A stretch of DNA of 32,000 nucleotides from Propionibacteriaceae bacterium (lineage in GTDB: Bacteria; Actinomycetota; Actinomycetes; Propionibacteriales; Propionibacteriaceae): positions 1-32,000 of the forward strand of contig JAIRQE010000024.1 in assembly GCA_031256725.1 (NCBI GenBank), read 5' to 3'. The position numbers and the translations under genes are program-made. Within the stretch, counting starts at the first letter, position 1; each line of letters starts with the position of its first letter. Positions 14,040 through 23,535 of this stretch are shown one piece after another. Below the pieces are notes generated by a model. It saw nothing but the letters and a program-made list of their open reading frames with translations, ran no database searches and was not told where the DNA came from.

Positions 14040-15774
14040 TTCGACAACCCCGAACAGGGTGAAGAACAACCGATCTCTGTGGAGTCGAATCCTCGGTGGT
14101 CTTCTCACCATTGGACTGATCATTTCAACCAGTTTTCTCCCCGGAGGAACTCCGAATTCTGCCCATGCTGAGGTCGATTCTGAAGCCAAAGTCACGGCCA
14201 TTACCCCAACCTCGGGACTCGTGGCAGGAGAGAACACTGTCACCATCACAGGCGAGGGATTCACCCAATCGCCTCGCTTCGTCACCGTGGACTATCTTCA
14301 ATTTGAGGAGAAAGGCGGAGCTTGGCCCACCATCAACACCAAGATTGAGATGACCTCAACAACCCGTCTCAACCTCGATTTCTCTATTCCTACTGACCTC
14401 TCCATCACCCATGTTGTCTTCTCATCGGGTGGATCATCAGAAATGAGGCTCTACATTGCTTCCCTCAATGCCTACTGGATGTATGGCTCAGGAACCATGA
14501 ACCTCGGCTATAAACCGATCGCTGATACCCCCACCAACACCCAGATCGGCAACGGATCCATTATCTGGAAGGGAAACACCCACGCGTACACACCATCTGG
14601 GTCAACTGGCTCATCGATCAAGATTGGTGGCGGAGCATCAGACAGTTTCAGCGGGAAGATCTTCGGCTTCAAGATTCACTCCGGGGCGAACGTAGCCCAG
14701 TTCATGGGCGTACCCACCTTTGATGCAAAGAACCAAGAATACGGGCTGCTGGATTCCGTCACCGGGGTCTTCTTGGGGAACTCTAACACCGGAGGCACGA
14801 TCACTGGCCCACCAGATTTCCAGCCACCATCACCTCCCCTAGCCTTCTATTTCACGAGTACGACAGACCCCGCGCAAAGCGCCGCGTGTACGAACATCAC
14901 CGTCGTGAACTCAACGACAGCGACCTGTGTCACACCATCATCGCCCTTGCGTCCAATCCGCTCAGGTATGGCCATAGTCTCCACCAAACCAGGGCCAGTG
15001 AACTCAGATTCAGTCACCTACGACTATCTGGGTGTGAAACCCACCATTTCTACGATCTCACCCGTGGAGGGCCCCATCAAAGGCGGTGGATCATGCGTGG
15101 TAACTGGACAGAATTTCGTCACACCTGTAGACAGCGCGGTAATCAACGGACTGGTCTTCATCGGCAACTTCGCAACATGGACAGAGAATGACCGCTCAGT
15201 TGTTGGGCTCTTCGACCCTAACTCGGGGCTTATGCAATCCTTCCCCTCGTCCCCAGATACTTGGGCAGTGATCAATGGGGCAAGGTACGACGCTCCCCCA
15301 ACGGAACTCTGGTTCGGCGACAAGAAGGCGACGGGAATCACGGTGAAAAACCTCACCACGTTGAACTGTGCCCAGATCCCAGCACATGATGCAGGGAACG
15401 CTGATCTCTCCCTCATTGTCGACGGTACACCCAGCGACCTCAAGAAAAACGGGTACACCTACCGCGCCCCTGGAGTATTGAAAGTCGAGAAACAGGGGTA
15501 CCTCTGCCCATCAGGCGTACAGGACCCCGAGCATCTATCCGAGTGCATTCTCATGGAAACAAATCACGCTATCATTAAAGGTGAGGCCATCGCATGGCTC
15601 TACTTGACAACCTATGTGGAGAAGAATACCAATGGTGACTCTGTGAACATTGGTGCCCCCGGACTCACGGATGTGGTGGTGACCGACGACAAAGAGGGCG
15701 AAGTCTGCAAGATCCCCAACCTCACAGTGAACGAACCCTACCCATGCATCGCTCGGGGAGTGCCAGGAATCTAA
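14032..15774 (+). CDS. Large secreted protein with IPT/TIG domains and a concanavalin/LamG-like lectin region (putative adhesin)
   Basis: AAAGGA lies 8 nt upstream of ATG 14032. The signal peptide is MANSTTPNRVKNNRSLWSRILGGLLTIGLIISTSFLPGGTPNSAHA-EV. IPT/TIG-like units are KVTAITPTSGLVAGENTVTITGEGF and KPTISTISPVEGPIKGGGSCVVTGQNF. The middle part ...SFSGKIFGFKIHSG... is LamG-like. Confidence 0.8.
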   Translation: MANSTTPNRVKNNRSLWSRILGGLLTIGLIISTSFLPGGTPNSAHAEVDSEAKVTAITPTSGLVAGENTVTITGEGFTQSPRFVTVDYLQFEEKGGAWPTINTKIEMTSTTRLNLDFSIPTDLSITHVVFSSGGSSEMRLYIASLNAYWMYGSGTMNLGYKPIADTPTNTQIGNGSIIWKGNTHAYTPSGSTGSSIKIGGGASDSFSGKIFGFKIHSGANVAQFMGVPTFDAKNQEYGLLDSVTGVFLGNSNTGGTITGPPDFQPPSPPLAFYFTSTTDPAQSAACTNITVVNSTTATCVTPSSPLRPIRSGMAIVSTKPGPVNSDSVTYDYLGVKPTISTISPVEGPIKGGGSCVVTGQNFVTPVDSAVINGLVFIGNFATWTENDRSVVGLFDPNSGLMQSFPSSPDTWAVINGARYDAPPTELWFGDKKATGITVKNLTTLNCAQIPAHDAGNADLSLIVDGTPSDLKKNGYTYRAPGVLKVEKQGYLCPSGVQDPEHLSECILMETNHAIIKGEAIAWLYLTTYVEKNTNGDSVNIGAPGLTDVVVTDDKEGEVCKIPNLTVNEPYPCIARGVPGI

Positions 15775-15930
15775 GCGAACTTGGGGTGACCTCGGATCGC
15801 TCCAAGCCCGTCTTCATGATTCACCAATACTCTCCCCGTTACTTTCGTGCTTTCCAGTAGGAGCCGAACGCGCTGAGCGGGGATCATTCGTGGGTTGCAT
15901 GCAGTATCATGAGCGCCTATGGGGAACATA

Positions 15931-16329
15931 ATGAACAAACATATCGAGCGTATGTTGAACCAGAAGACCGCGATGGTCGGGTCAGTGGCTGACGACAAGC
16001 CATGTATTAAAGCGATGCTGGTCGCACGCCGGGAAGGTAGCGCCATCTTCTACTTTGATTCTAATCACGGATCGCAGCGAGTAGCTCATTGGCGTCAGAA
16101 TCCTGCGGCGTGCCTCTACTTCACATCTGGCCCAATCTACCGTGGAGTCATGCTGACCGGCACCATGGAAATCATTGATGACATGGAGACCAAGAAGATC
16201 CACTGGACCCCCATGATGAAGAATATCTATCGAGGTGGGATCACTGATCCTGATTACTGCATCCTCAAGTTCACTGCCACAAGTGGACGCTACTACCACA
16301 TGTACGAATCAACCAACTTCGACCTCTAG
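15931..16329 (+). CDS. Pyridoxamine 5'-phosphate oxidase-family (general stress protein 26-like) protein
   Basis: MNKHIERMLNQKTAMVGSVADDKPCIKAML...YFDSNHGSQRVAHWRQNPAACLYF...MLTGTMEIIDD fits the PNPOx split-barrel pattern. An alternative ATG is at 15919. Confidence 0.75.
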   Translation: MNKHIERMLNQKTAMVGSVADDKPCIKAMLVARREGSAIFYFDSNHGSQRVAHWRQNPAACLYFTSGPIYRGVMLTGTMEIIDDMETKKIHWTPMMKNIYRGGITDPDYCILKFTATSGRYYHMYESTNFDL

Positions 16330-16434
16330 TACTGCTTCCTCTTGCCTTGATTTCGCCTCCAAAATGGAAGGTCACATTCTCAGCCTGAGAACGAAGACTA
16401 TCGACGAAATCGACATCGTTTATCCAAGCGATCT

Positions 16435-17193
16435 CTAGCTGCTGAGTACAATCCTCGTGAACAGCGAATCGAGTTCCTCCCATCCGGGGTTGGGTTCACC
16501 TGGAAGGGCTGCAATTCGAGAATCAAGAATTGGAAGAGTTGTCTCAATGTGCTGGTTGAGAGCCTCAATTCTGGGTACCTTCTTCTTCTCAGGAGTATTG
16601 ACTTTGGCCTCAAGCAGGGCCTCAGTGTTGGCCGTCAGATTGGCGTCGGCTTGCGCGGAAACTAGATCAGCAAAAAGAACTGGCGGTGGAGTCTTCCGAT
16701 CAAGTATCCATTGGCAAGCAAGAATAGGGCGCAAGACATACAGATACTTCTTGAGTGTGACAGTGTCCCCTCGAAGATGTTCACGATAGTTGCCTGCAGC
16801 CATACTGAAATAGTGGTGAAGTGCCGATTTTGCCTGAAAGTACAACGCACTCACCTCGCGTACCCACTCCCACTCAGTGGTGGTGCGATAGATGACTGGG
16901 GAGTTCATCCACTCGAATAGGGTCGGATTCGAGCCCCGCATTAACCTCAGGGTCTTATCAAGATCCCATCCATTAATATCAAGAACCTCATCTAATTGCC
17001 ACTCAATGACATCCCGTGTCTTTCCGAGTCGCCAGTAGAAATCTGGCTTACGTACATAGATAAAACGTACGTCATAATCACTGTCCGGGGAGGCAAAACC
17101 CCAAGCTCGCGAACCTGATTCAACAGCATGAAGGATACGGACCGACTCATTGGTCTCAATCTCTGTCAACTTCTCTGCAATAATTTCCAGCAT
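16435..17193 (-). CDS. Nucleotidyltransferase-domain protein (Pol-beta superfamily, PF10127/YcgL-like)
   Basis: 252 aa. ILHAVESGSRAWGFASPDSDYDVRFIYV carries the GS...D.D nucleotidyltransferase motif typical of this family. Confidence 0.8.
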   Translation of the reverse strand: MLEIIAEKLTEIETNESVRILHAVESGSRAWGFASPDSDYDVRFIYVRKPDFYWRLGKTRDVIEWQLDEVLDINGWDLDKTLRLMRGSNPTLFEWMNSPVIYRTTTEWEWVREVSALYFQAKSALHHYFSMAAGNYREHLRGDTVTLKKYLYVLRPILACQWILDRKTPPPVLFADLVSAQADANLTANTEALLEAKVNTPEKKKVPRIEALNQHIETTLPILDSRIAALPGEPNPGWEELDSLFTRIVLSS

Positions 17194-17444
17194 CTCTTTA
17201 GTCTAATAGCCCGCCCACCCACGAGAAGGTTCATGACGTTGTCTGGCAAAAGGTGATCTATGGAATCTGGGGCAACCAGTGACTCACCAAACCACGGTCC
17301 ATTATTGAGGCTGCACCCGAAGAACTCCAAGGACTTTACGAGGCAATCCTTCTCTCGTTGATACGTCCCCTGACACCTCCTCGCAGTGATGAGACATTGA
17401 GGGTGCAAGCAGTACCACCGAGTACACTTCCTCACGAGGTGCCC

Positions 17445-18251
17445 ATGGGAGTCACCCGGATTGGAATGAAGATGATTGTTGCCCCTATGACTGGCCCTTG
17501 GGCTGTACTCGTCTTGGTGATGGCTGTGACTGGAGTCACAATCCACTTCGTATTCCGCAAGCGTGAACGCGATGTCAGACGCCGAGCACTCCTCATCTTT
17601 GCGCTAGTCAACCTGGGGTTCTCCATCACCTTCCACCTGACTTATATGATCAGCCCACCACCTGAGGGCTTCCCAATCTTCCAGAATCTTCCCCTACATC
17701 TGTGTACCCTCATGAGTTGGTTGATGCCGTTCGCAGTGTGGTTCGACTGGCGGCCACTGCGGGCAGTCATCTTCTTCCCTGGCGCTCTCGCTGGGATGGC
17801 AGCATTGTTTTCTGCCGCCCCATCGTATTGGTACTATGGACTCTTTGACCTTCACACCTTCTTCTGGGTCAGCCATGGTTTCAACGCGGTCATCCCCTTC
17901 CTTCTAGCCTCCCTCCAGTTGTACCGGCCGAAGCTCATTGAGGCTGCTCTTGCTGCCTTGTACATCTTCATTGCTGCGCTGCTAATCCTCCCGATCACAC
18001 TGATCTTCCGGGCTTGGGTGGACCCTGGTACGAACTACTTCTATGTCTTCGACCCCGAGGGCGCTGTCGTCCTAGAGTTCTTCAAGAACCTCATCCCACT
18101 CCCAGTCATCTACCTGATCCCACTACTGATCGTGGCTATTCCCGTCATGATGGGCCAGTACGGAATCTACCGCCTAGCGAACCGAAGCCATCTCTCCAAA
18201 GAGACCTTGACCGAAACTATTGAAGCAACCGCCGACGCTACTTCCGCTTAG
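17445..18251 (+). CDS. Polytopic integral membrane protein (TIGR02206/YwaF-like)
   Basis: About 7 hydrophobic segments. LPLHLCTLMSWLMPFAVW is the conserved 'LPLHLC' motif of this family. Start uncertain (17445-17487); the 17358 extension is not membrane-like. Confidence 0.6.
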   Translation: MGVTRIGMKMIVAPMTGPWAVLVLVMAVTGVTIHFVFRKRERDVRRRALLIFALVNLGFSITFHLTYMISPPPEGFPIFQNLPLHLCTLMSWLMPFAVWFDWRPLRAVIFFPGALAGMAALFSAAPSYWYYGLFDLHTFFWVSHGFNAVIPFLLASLQLYRPKLIEAALAALYIFIAALLILPITLIFRAWVDPGTNYFYVFDPEGAVVLEFFKNLIPLPVIYLIPLLIVAIPVMMGQYGIYRLANRSHLSKETLTETIEATADATSA

Positions 18252-20277
18252 TGTACTCACTCAGGGATCTGGTACGGAGGAAACTCTCGCCCACTATGGC
18301 GTACACCTTCGCAGCCGTTTCTACCTCTGACAAGGGTACATACTCGTCGGGACTGTGGGCTTGGGTGAGGTCCCCAGGACCATAGACGGCTCCGGTGATT
18401 CCTTGTCGGGCGAGCAACTCCACCTCACAGTACCCACGGAATAAGGCCGATTCAGCAGTCGTACCTGTGACTTCATGGTGGGCGCGCTCTAAGCCCTCAG
18501 CGAGAGTGGAATCCTCACCAGCCTGCCATGGGGAGAAGGATTGCTCACACACGAGGTCGGCGTCGATGTCGTTATCTGCGCAGACTTTGGCGAAGATCCG
18601 ACGTACCTCGCTGATGACTTCCTCGATATCCTCGCCTGGGAAAACCTGCCGGTCGAAGGCGATCCGGCAGGTGTCTGGTACGAAGGTGACCCCCACTCCC
18701 CCTTCAATGACACCAAGATTCACGCTGGGATCATGAGGGAAACCAAGTGTGGCTCCAAGCCCGCGCAAGGACTCATGGTACTCCTGGAGTGCAGCCACGA
18801 TTGTGGTCATCTTCACGATGGCATTGTCACCACGTTCAGCCATTCCTGTATGCGATGAGCGCCCTCGTACGACCGCTGTGAACTCTGCCGCACCCTGCAA
18901 GGCCGAGGCCACCTGGAGCGAGGTTGGTTCGCCCACGATTGCCTGAGTGCAGTTCTTGAGGGTACCCGCGTTAATCAGCGCTTGGGTACCCTTGAACCAG
19001 ACTTCCTCATCAATGACTGCGGTGAGCATCAGGCTTCGGTGACGCGGTACCTCGGCTTTGACGATGGCTTCAATAGCGGCCACCATGGCGGCAAGACCGC
19101 CCTTCATGTCACAGGTTCCCCGGCCATAGACCTTGCCATCAATGATCTCCCCACCCAATGGGTCGGTTGTCCACAGGCCCAGATCCCCAATAGCAACCGT
19201 ATCGACATGCCCATTGAACAGCAGGCATTCCTCGGATTCCCCATGCAATACCGCCACAACATTCGGGCGACCAGGTTCGACCTCGTGAAGCTCCACATCA
19301 AGGCCACATCTGGCTAAACGCTCCGCGATCAACTGGGCCGCTTCCCCTTCCCGACCAGGCGGATTCTCGGAGTTGGCGCGTACCAAATCTGTGAGGAAGG
19401 TACCCAAGGCTTGGGAATCCACGAAGTCGGCTGCAGTACGAGGTTCAGTTGGGTGTACAGAACTTGGAAGTGGAGTACCAGAGGTCACCTTTGTGGCAGT
19501 CGCCTTGGTTGAAGGTACTCCCCGGATGGACTTCAACAGGTGGCTGGACAGTTCAATAAAACGGGGATGGGATTGCATCTCCAAACGCCGTGGCCGAGGA
19601 AGATCAACCTCAACTTGGGTGTGAATGCGACCGGGCCTCGGGGTCATGGTCATCACGCGGTCAGAGATGTACACCGCTTCTTCGATGTCGTGGGTGACGA
19701 AGAGTACGGTCAGACGATGGGTCTCCCAGACCTCAGTGAGAAGCTCCTGCATCTCGTGACGGGTCAGAGCATCCAGGGCACCGAAGGGCTCATCCATGAG
19801 CAGGATCTCTGGACGATAGCTCAGTGAACGGGCGAGGGCAACACGCTGCTGCATCCCACCAGAGAGTTGGGCGGGGTAATGATCCTCGAAACCTAGAAGA
19901 CCCACCAATTCCAGATGTTCACGGGCAACCTCACTACGTTGGGTAGCAGTAAGGGGTTCACCACGCAAGGCGAACTCGACATTTTTGCGGGCGGTCAGCC
20001 ATGGCAACAAGGTTGCATGTTGGAAGACCACTCCCCTGTCCCGACCAGGGCCAGTGACTGGTTCCCCGCTCACGATGACTTCACCAGTGGTGGGTTCAGT
20101 CAAACCAGCAATGATCGATAGGAGGGTGGATTTCCCGCAACCGGAGACACCCACCAGGGAGACAAACTCGTTCTCACCCAGGGTGAGATCAATCTCCTCA
20201 AGGGCGCTGACAGATCCGAATCTCTTTGACAGGGATCGAATTTCGACTCTGGGTGTGACAGGATTCGTGCTCATCAT
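18238..20277 (-). CDS. Fusion protein: NitT/TauT-family ABC transporter ATPase (N-terminal) plus M20 (ArgE/DapE/ACY1/CPG2) metallo-amidohydrolase (C-terminal)
   Basis: Residues 1 to about 255 carry Walker A GVSGCGKST, signature LSGGMQQRV and Walker B ILLMDEPFGALD. After a P/T/S-rich linker come the M20 motifs LLFNGHVDTV and GRGTCDMKGG, plus the dimerisation-lid region. It is a single uninterrupted 679-aa frame. Confidence 0.85.
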   Translation of the reverse strand: MMSTNPVTPRVEIRSLSKRFGSVSALEEIDLTLGENEFVSLVGVSGCGKSTLLSIIAGLTEPTTGEVIVSGEPVTGPGRDRGVVFQHATLLPWLTARKNVEFALRGEPLTATQRSEVAREHLELVGLLGFEDHYPAQLSGGMQQRVALARSLSYRPEILLMDEPFGALDALTRHEMQELLTEVWETHRLTVLFVTHDIEEAVYISDRVMTMTPRPGRIHTQVEVDLPRPRRLEMQSHPRFIELSSHLLKSIRGVPSTKATATKVTSGTPLPSSVHPTEPRTAADFVDSQALGTFLTDLVRANSENPPGREGEAAQLIAERLARCGLDVELHEVEPGRPNVVAVLHGESEECLLFNGHVDTVAIGDLGLWTTDPLGGEIIDGKVYGRGTCDMKGGLAAMVAAIEAIVKAEVPRHRSLMLTAVIDEEVWFKGTQALINAGTLKNCTQAIVGEPTSLQVASALQGAAEFTAVVRGRSSHTGMAERGDNAIVKMTTIVAALQEYHESLRGLGATLGFPHDPSVNLGVIEGGVGVTFVPDTCRIAFDRQVFPGEDIEEVISEVRRIFAKVCADNDIDADLVCEQSFSPWQAGEDSTLAEGLERAHHEVTGTTAESALFRGYCEVELLARQGITGAVYGPGDLTQAHSPDEYVPLSEVETAAKVYAIVGESFLRTRSLSEYTKRK

Positions 20278-21068
20278 CGTACCTTCTCGTAACGGAAAAG
20301 CATACGACCAATAGCCCTCATGATTTGGTCGAAGATCAACCCGAGGAGACCCAGGACCACCAGGTACCCGATGATGGTGTCTGTGGCGAAATAACGTTGG
20401 GCAACGGTGATTCGATACCCCATACCGCCACTGGCGGCGACCAGTTCAGCGACGACCAGCCAGGTCCAGGCCCATCCGAGGGTGATCCTCAAAGTGTCGA
20501 AGATCCGGGGCCACGCGGCGGGGAAAACGATCCTTGCGAGGATCTGGTGGCGTTTCATTCCCAGGGTTTCACCCAGGTGGATCATGGATTGGGGTACCTG
20601 ATGGACGGCATCGGTGATCATGAGCACCTGCTGGAAGAAGGTACCCATCCAGATGATGGCGAACTTCTGTGAATCACCTGTCCCCACCCAGAGGATCGAC
20701 AGTGGCACAAAGGCAACCACTGGCATATAACGGACAAAGTCGAAGAGAGGTTCCAACCCTGCTCGGATCCTTGCGGACATCCCCATGAAGGGGCCGATCG
20801 CCAGGGCCATCACAGTGGCGAGGAGGTACCCGATGGTGATCCGATAGACGGACAACCCAATGTCGCTCCACAGTTCACCATTCTTGGCTCTGACCACCAG
20901 GGAACCGATGACATCCCCAGGGCTGGGAAGGAACAGACTGGGAACAAGTCCGGCTGCGGTGACCGCAAACCAGACCAGCCCCAATACTGTGAAGGTTCCA
21001 AGTGTGATGACCAGATACTGACGTCTGGAGATCTTGGCCCGTACCCGGGAACCTCTGTTCGACACCAC
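20274..21068 (-). CDS. ABC transporter permease (NitT/TauT family)
   Basis: 264 aa with about 6 TM segments and the EAA-like loop LGETLGMKRHQILARIVFPAAWP. Its stop overlaps the ATPase start (ATGA). Confidence 0.85.
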   Translation of the reverse strand: MVSNRGSRVRAKISRRQYLVITLGTFTVLGLVWFAVTAAGLVPSLFLPSPGDVIGSLVVRAKNGELWSDIGLSVYRITIGYLLATVMALAIGPFMGMSARIRAGLEPLFDFVRYMPVVAFVPLSILWVGTGDSQKFAIIWMGTFFQQVLMITDAVHQVPQSMIHLGETLGMKRHQILARIVFPAAWPRIFDTLRITLGWAWTWLVVAELVAASGGMGYRITVAQRYFATDTIIGYLVVLGLLGLIFDQIMRAIGRMLFRYEKVR

Positions 21069-21073
21069 GTTCC

Positions 21074-22057
21074 TTAGCTGAGGTACTGTGCGTCGATCGC
21101 TTGATCAGGATCGGCAGAACCACTCAACAAACCAGCGGTGACTGCAACCTCTTTGACCGCAGGGAGGGTGGCCGTACGATACTCGCCATCCAACAAGCGC
21201 TGGTTGTCGGAGAGACTGTAGAAGATCACACCATCGAAGGCAGTGACAAGATCTGCAGGATCCTCACCAACACCACGGGCGATGATGGCGCGACCATCCT
21301 CAACATTGGCGTTGTAATAGTCAACGGCCTGACCCCAGGATGCGATGAGTGCCTTCACAGCATCAGCGTTCTCGGCAGCAAACTTGTCGGAAACCATCAA
21401 TACATCCGAGATGAGACCCTGCTTGGCGCTCGCATCATAGATGACATGCATGTCTGAGTTCTCAGCCAAGGCGGAGGTGATATAGGGCTCATAGGTCACT
21501 GCGGCAGGTACCTGACCAGCAATCACAGCAGCACCAGCATTAGCTGCACCCATGGGCACCTTCTCAATGTCAGTGATCGTCATCCCAGCCTCAGCCAGTG
21601 CATAGTTCAATAGGAGATCGGAGGTTGCGCCCTCTTCATAGGCGACCTTCTTGCCTTTCAGATCGGCGACTGTTGTGATCTCACTCGTGGTGATAATGGC
21701 ATCGGCCGATGTGGCAGCGTCCTCAAGAAGTACGATCTTGGCTTCGACTCCAGATTCGATCATCAGTAGCGCCCCATGGGAGGCAACATTGAGAGCATCA
21801 ACTCGGCCACCAGCCAAAGCAGCCAACATATCGGCATCAGCCTCGAAGTCGGTCAACGTAACATCCAACCCATTCTCGGCGAAGAAGCCCTTCTCTTGGG
21901 CAATGTACCAGGCTCCATATCCCAGCCATGGTTGAATAGCAATTGACACCTTCGTCAAGCCTTCATCCTCAGTCTTGTCATCAGCGGTAGTACATCCACC
22001 CATGAATCCAGTAGCCAAGAGAGCTAAAGAAATCAACATAACCTTGGGCATGCGCAT
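21074..22057 (-). CDS. ABC transporter substrate-binding lipoprotein (NMT1/THI5-like, NitT/TauT family)
   Basis: Lipobox LLATGFMGG-C. KVSIAIQPWLGYGAWYIAQEKGFFAENGLDVTLTDF is typical of NMT1/SsuA/TauA/ThiY-type binding proteins. Confidence 0.85.
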   Translation of the reverse strand: MRMPKVMLISLALLATGFMGGCTTADDKTEDEGLTKVSIAIQPWLGYGAWYIAQEKGFFAENGLDVTLTDFEADADMLAALAGGRVDALNVASHGALLMIESGVEAKIVLLEDAATSADAIITTSEITTVADLKGKKVAYEEGATSDLLLNYALAEAGMTITDIEKVPMGAANAGAAVIAGQVPAAVTYEPYITSALAENSDMHVIYDASAKQGLISDVLMVSDKFAAENADAVKALIASWGQAVDYYNANVEDGRAIIARGVGEDPADLVTAFDGVIFYSLSDNQRLLDGEYRTATLPAVKEVAVTAGLLSGSADPDQAIDAQYLS

Positions 22058-22220
22058 ATCGCGGCACCTTTCTTTGTAAGTTCAGGTGATAAACCTAGCT
22101 AAGTTATGTTACGAAACATTGACGATAGTGACGATGGTGAATTCCTCGTCCTGGGCTACCATGAGAACCTGGTTCAGTTTGCTCTGCACCCCACCATCCA
22201 TCTTGGAGGACATCGCTTTT

Positions 22221-23450
22221 ATGTTCGGTACACCTGAAGTCCTAGCTCCCGCCGGCAATCCGGAACGTTTGGATGCTGCCATTCGCTATGGCGCGAATGC
22301 GGTCTACCTTGCGGGAAGACAGTACGGTTTGCGCTCTGCTGCTGGGAACTTTGATGACGAGCAATTAGCTCAAGCAGTGAGTACTGCCCACGCACATGGG
22401 GTTCATGTCTACATCACCTGCAATACTCTTCCACGCGATGATGAGTTGGATGGACTCCCGGCGACCATGGAGTACTGGCAAGAGATCGGAGTCGACGCCA
22501 TCATTGTGGCTGACCTGGGGGTCTTGAACCTGGCCAAGCACCATGCACCTCAGTGCGCGATCCATATGTCCACACAAACTGGCATTGTCAATAGCCTCAC
22601 AGCGCGAGAGTTGCATGACATGGGGGCCTCCCGGGTGGTACTTGCTCGCGAGTTGTCCATGGACGAGATCGCCGGGATTCGCGAACGTACCCCGCCAGAA
22701 CTCGAACTGGAAGCCTTCGTACACGGGTCAATGTGTATGGCCGTCTCAGGGCGCTGCATGATGTCGGCTGCCATGACGAACCGTGACGCCAACCGCGGCA
22801 ATTGCACCCAGCCCTGTCGATGGAGTTACACCATCGTCGAAGAGAAACGTCCAGGGCAATACATGAGTGTCGAGGAGGATGCCTCCGGTACCTATATCTT
22901 TAACGCTGAGGACCTCAATATGGTTGAGCATCTGTCTGCCCTCACAAGAGCTGGGGTTACCTCCTTCAAAATCGAGGGACGCGCCAAATCACCCTTCTAT
23001 GTTGCCGTCATCACCAACGCCTATCGCGTGGCGGTCGACGGCCTAGTTGCCTCAGGTTTCGACCCAGACTACCGACCCGCCCCCTGGGTCATTGAGGAAC
23101 TCAACAAGGTCTCCCATCGCCCCTATGGCACAGGTTTCTTCTTCGGCCCACCTTCCCAGTCAACCAATTTCGGAGGGTACGTACGCGACTACTCTCTCGC
23201 CGCAGTTGTTGAAGGCTGGGCCGATGGGAGGTTGTACCTCACTCAGCGCAACAGATTCCTGGCAGGCCAAGCCTTGGAGGTGCTCCTGCCTGGGCGAGAA
23301 CCCGTGTGCTTGATGGCCGAGGATCTGCGTGACGGAGACGGCGAACCTATCGATGCTGCACGCCACCCCATGATGCCAGCCTCCATCCGCTCTGGTACGA
23401 GCCTGCCGCCGGGAAGTTTTGTACGTATGGAGATGGCGAAATCTCGATAG
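22221..23450 (+). CDS. Peptidase U32 family protein
   Basis: GGAGGA lies 10 nt upstream of ATG 22221. The product reads MFGTPEVLAPAGNPERLDAAIRYGANAVYLAG..., ...AIHMSTQ... and EAFVHGSMCMAVSGRCMMS, which is the U32 signature region. Confidence 0.85.
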   Translation: MFGTPEVLAPAGNPERLDAAIRYGANAVYLAGRQYGLRSAAGNFDDEQLAQAVSTAHAHGVHVYITCNTLPRDDELDGLPATMEYWQEIGVDAIIVADLGVLNLAKHHAPQCAIHMSTQTGIVNSLTARELHDMGASRVVLARELSMDEIAGIRERTPPELELEAFVHGSMCMAVSGRCMMSAAMTNRDANRGNCTQPCRWSYTIVEEKRPGQYMSVEEDASGTYIFNAEDLNMVEHLSALTRAGVTSFKIEGRAKSPFYVAVITNAYRVAVDGLVASGFDPDYRPAPWVIEELNKVSHRPYGTGFFFGPPSQSTNFGGYVRDYSLAAVVEGWADGRLYLTQRNRFLAGQALEVLLPGREPVCLMAEDLRDGDGEPIDAARHPMMPASIRSGTSLPPGSFVRMEMAKSR

Positions 23451-23535
23451 GATGAAGATGCGCAGTCCATGGGTACGCTTGAAGACGCGCAGGTCCATCG
23501 TGGAAAAGGATCGGATCACGAGCTAGTCTAAGATC

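Noticed and set aside
18395-20314. Multiple plus-strand ORFs of 65-113 aa inside the ABC-ATPase/M20 gene. Similar antisense ORFs include 30364..31329 (+, 321 aa) inside the family-5 binding-protein gene and 6471..6974 (-) inside TetR
   Set aside because: The opposite strand carries unambiguous conserved motifs across the full length. The antisense translations are low-complexity with no motifs or start signals, which is typical of shadow ORFs.
22058-22220. TPP (THI-box) riboswitch upstream of the binding-protein gene (minus strand), prompted by GGGGTGC and a GATGGTG/CACCATC closing stem
   Set aside because: The enclosed segment is only about 52 nt and lacks the conserved CUGAGA and ACCUGAUCUGGAUAAUGCCAGCG elements. 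I cannot support a riboswitch by eye, though a covariance-model scan would settle it.
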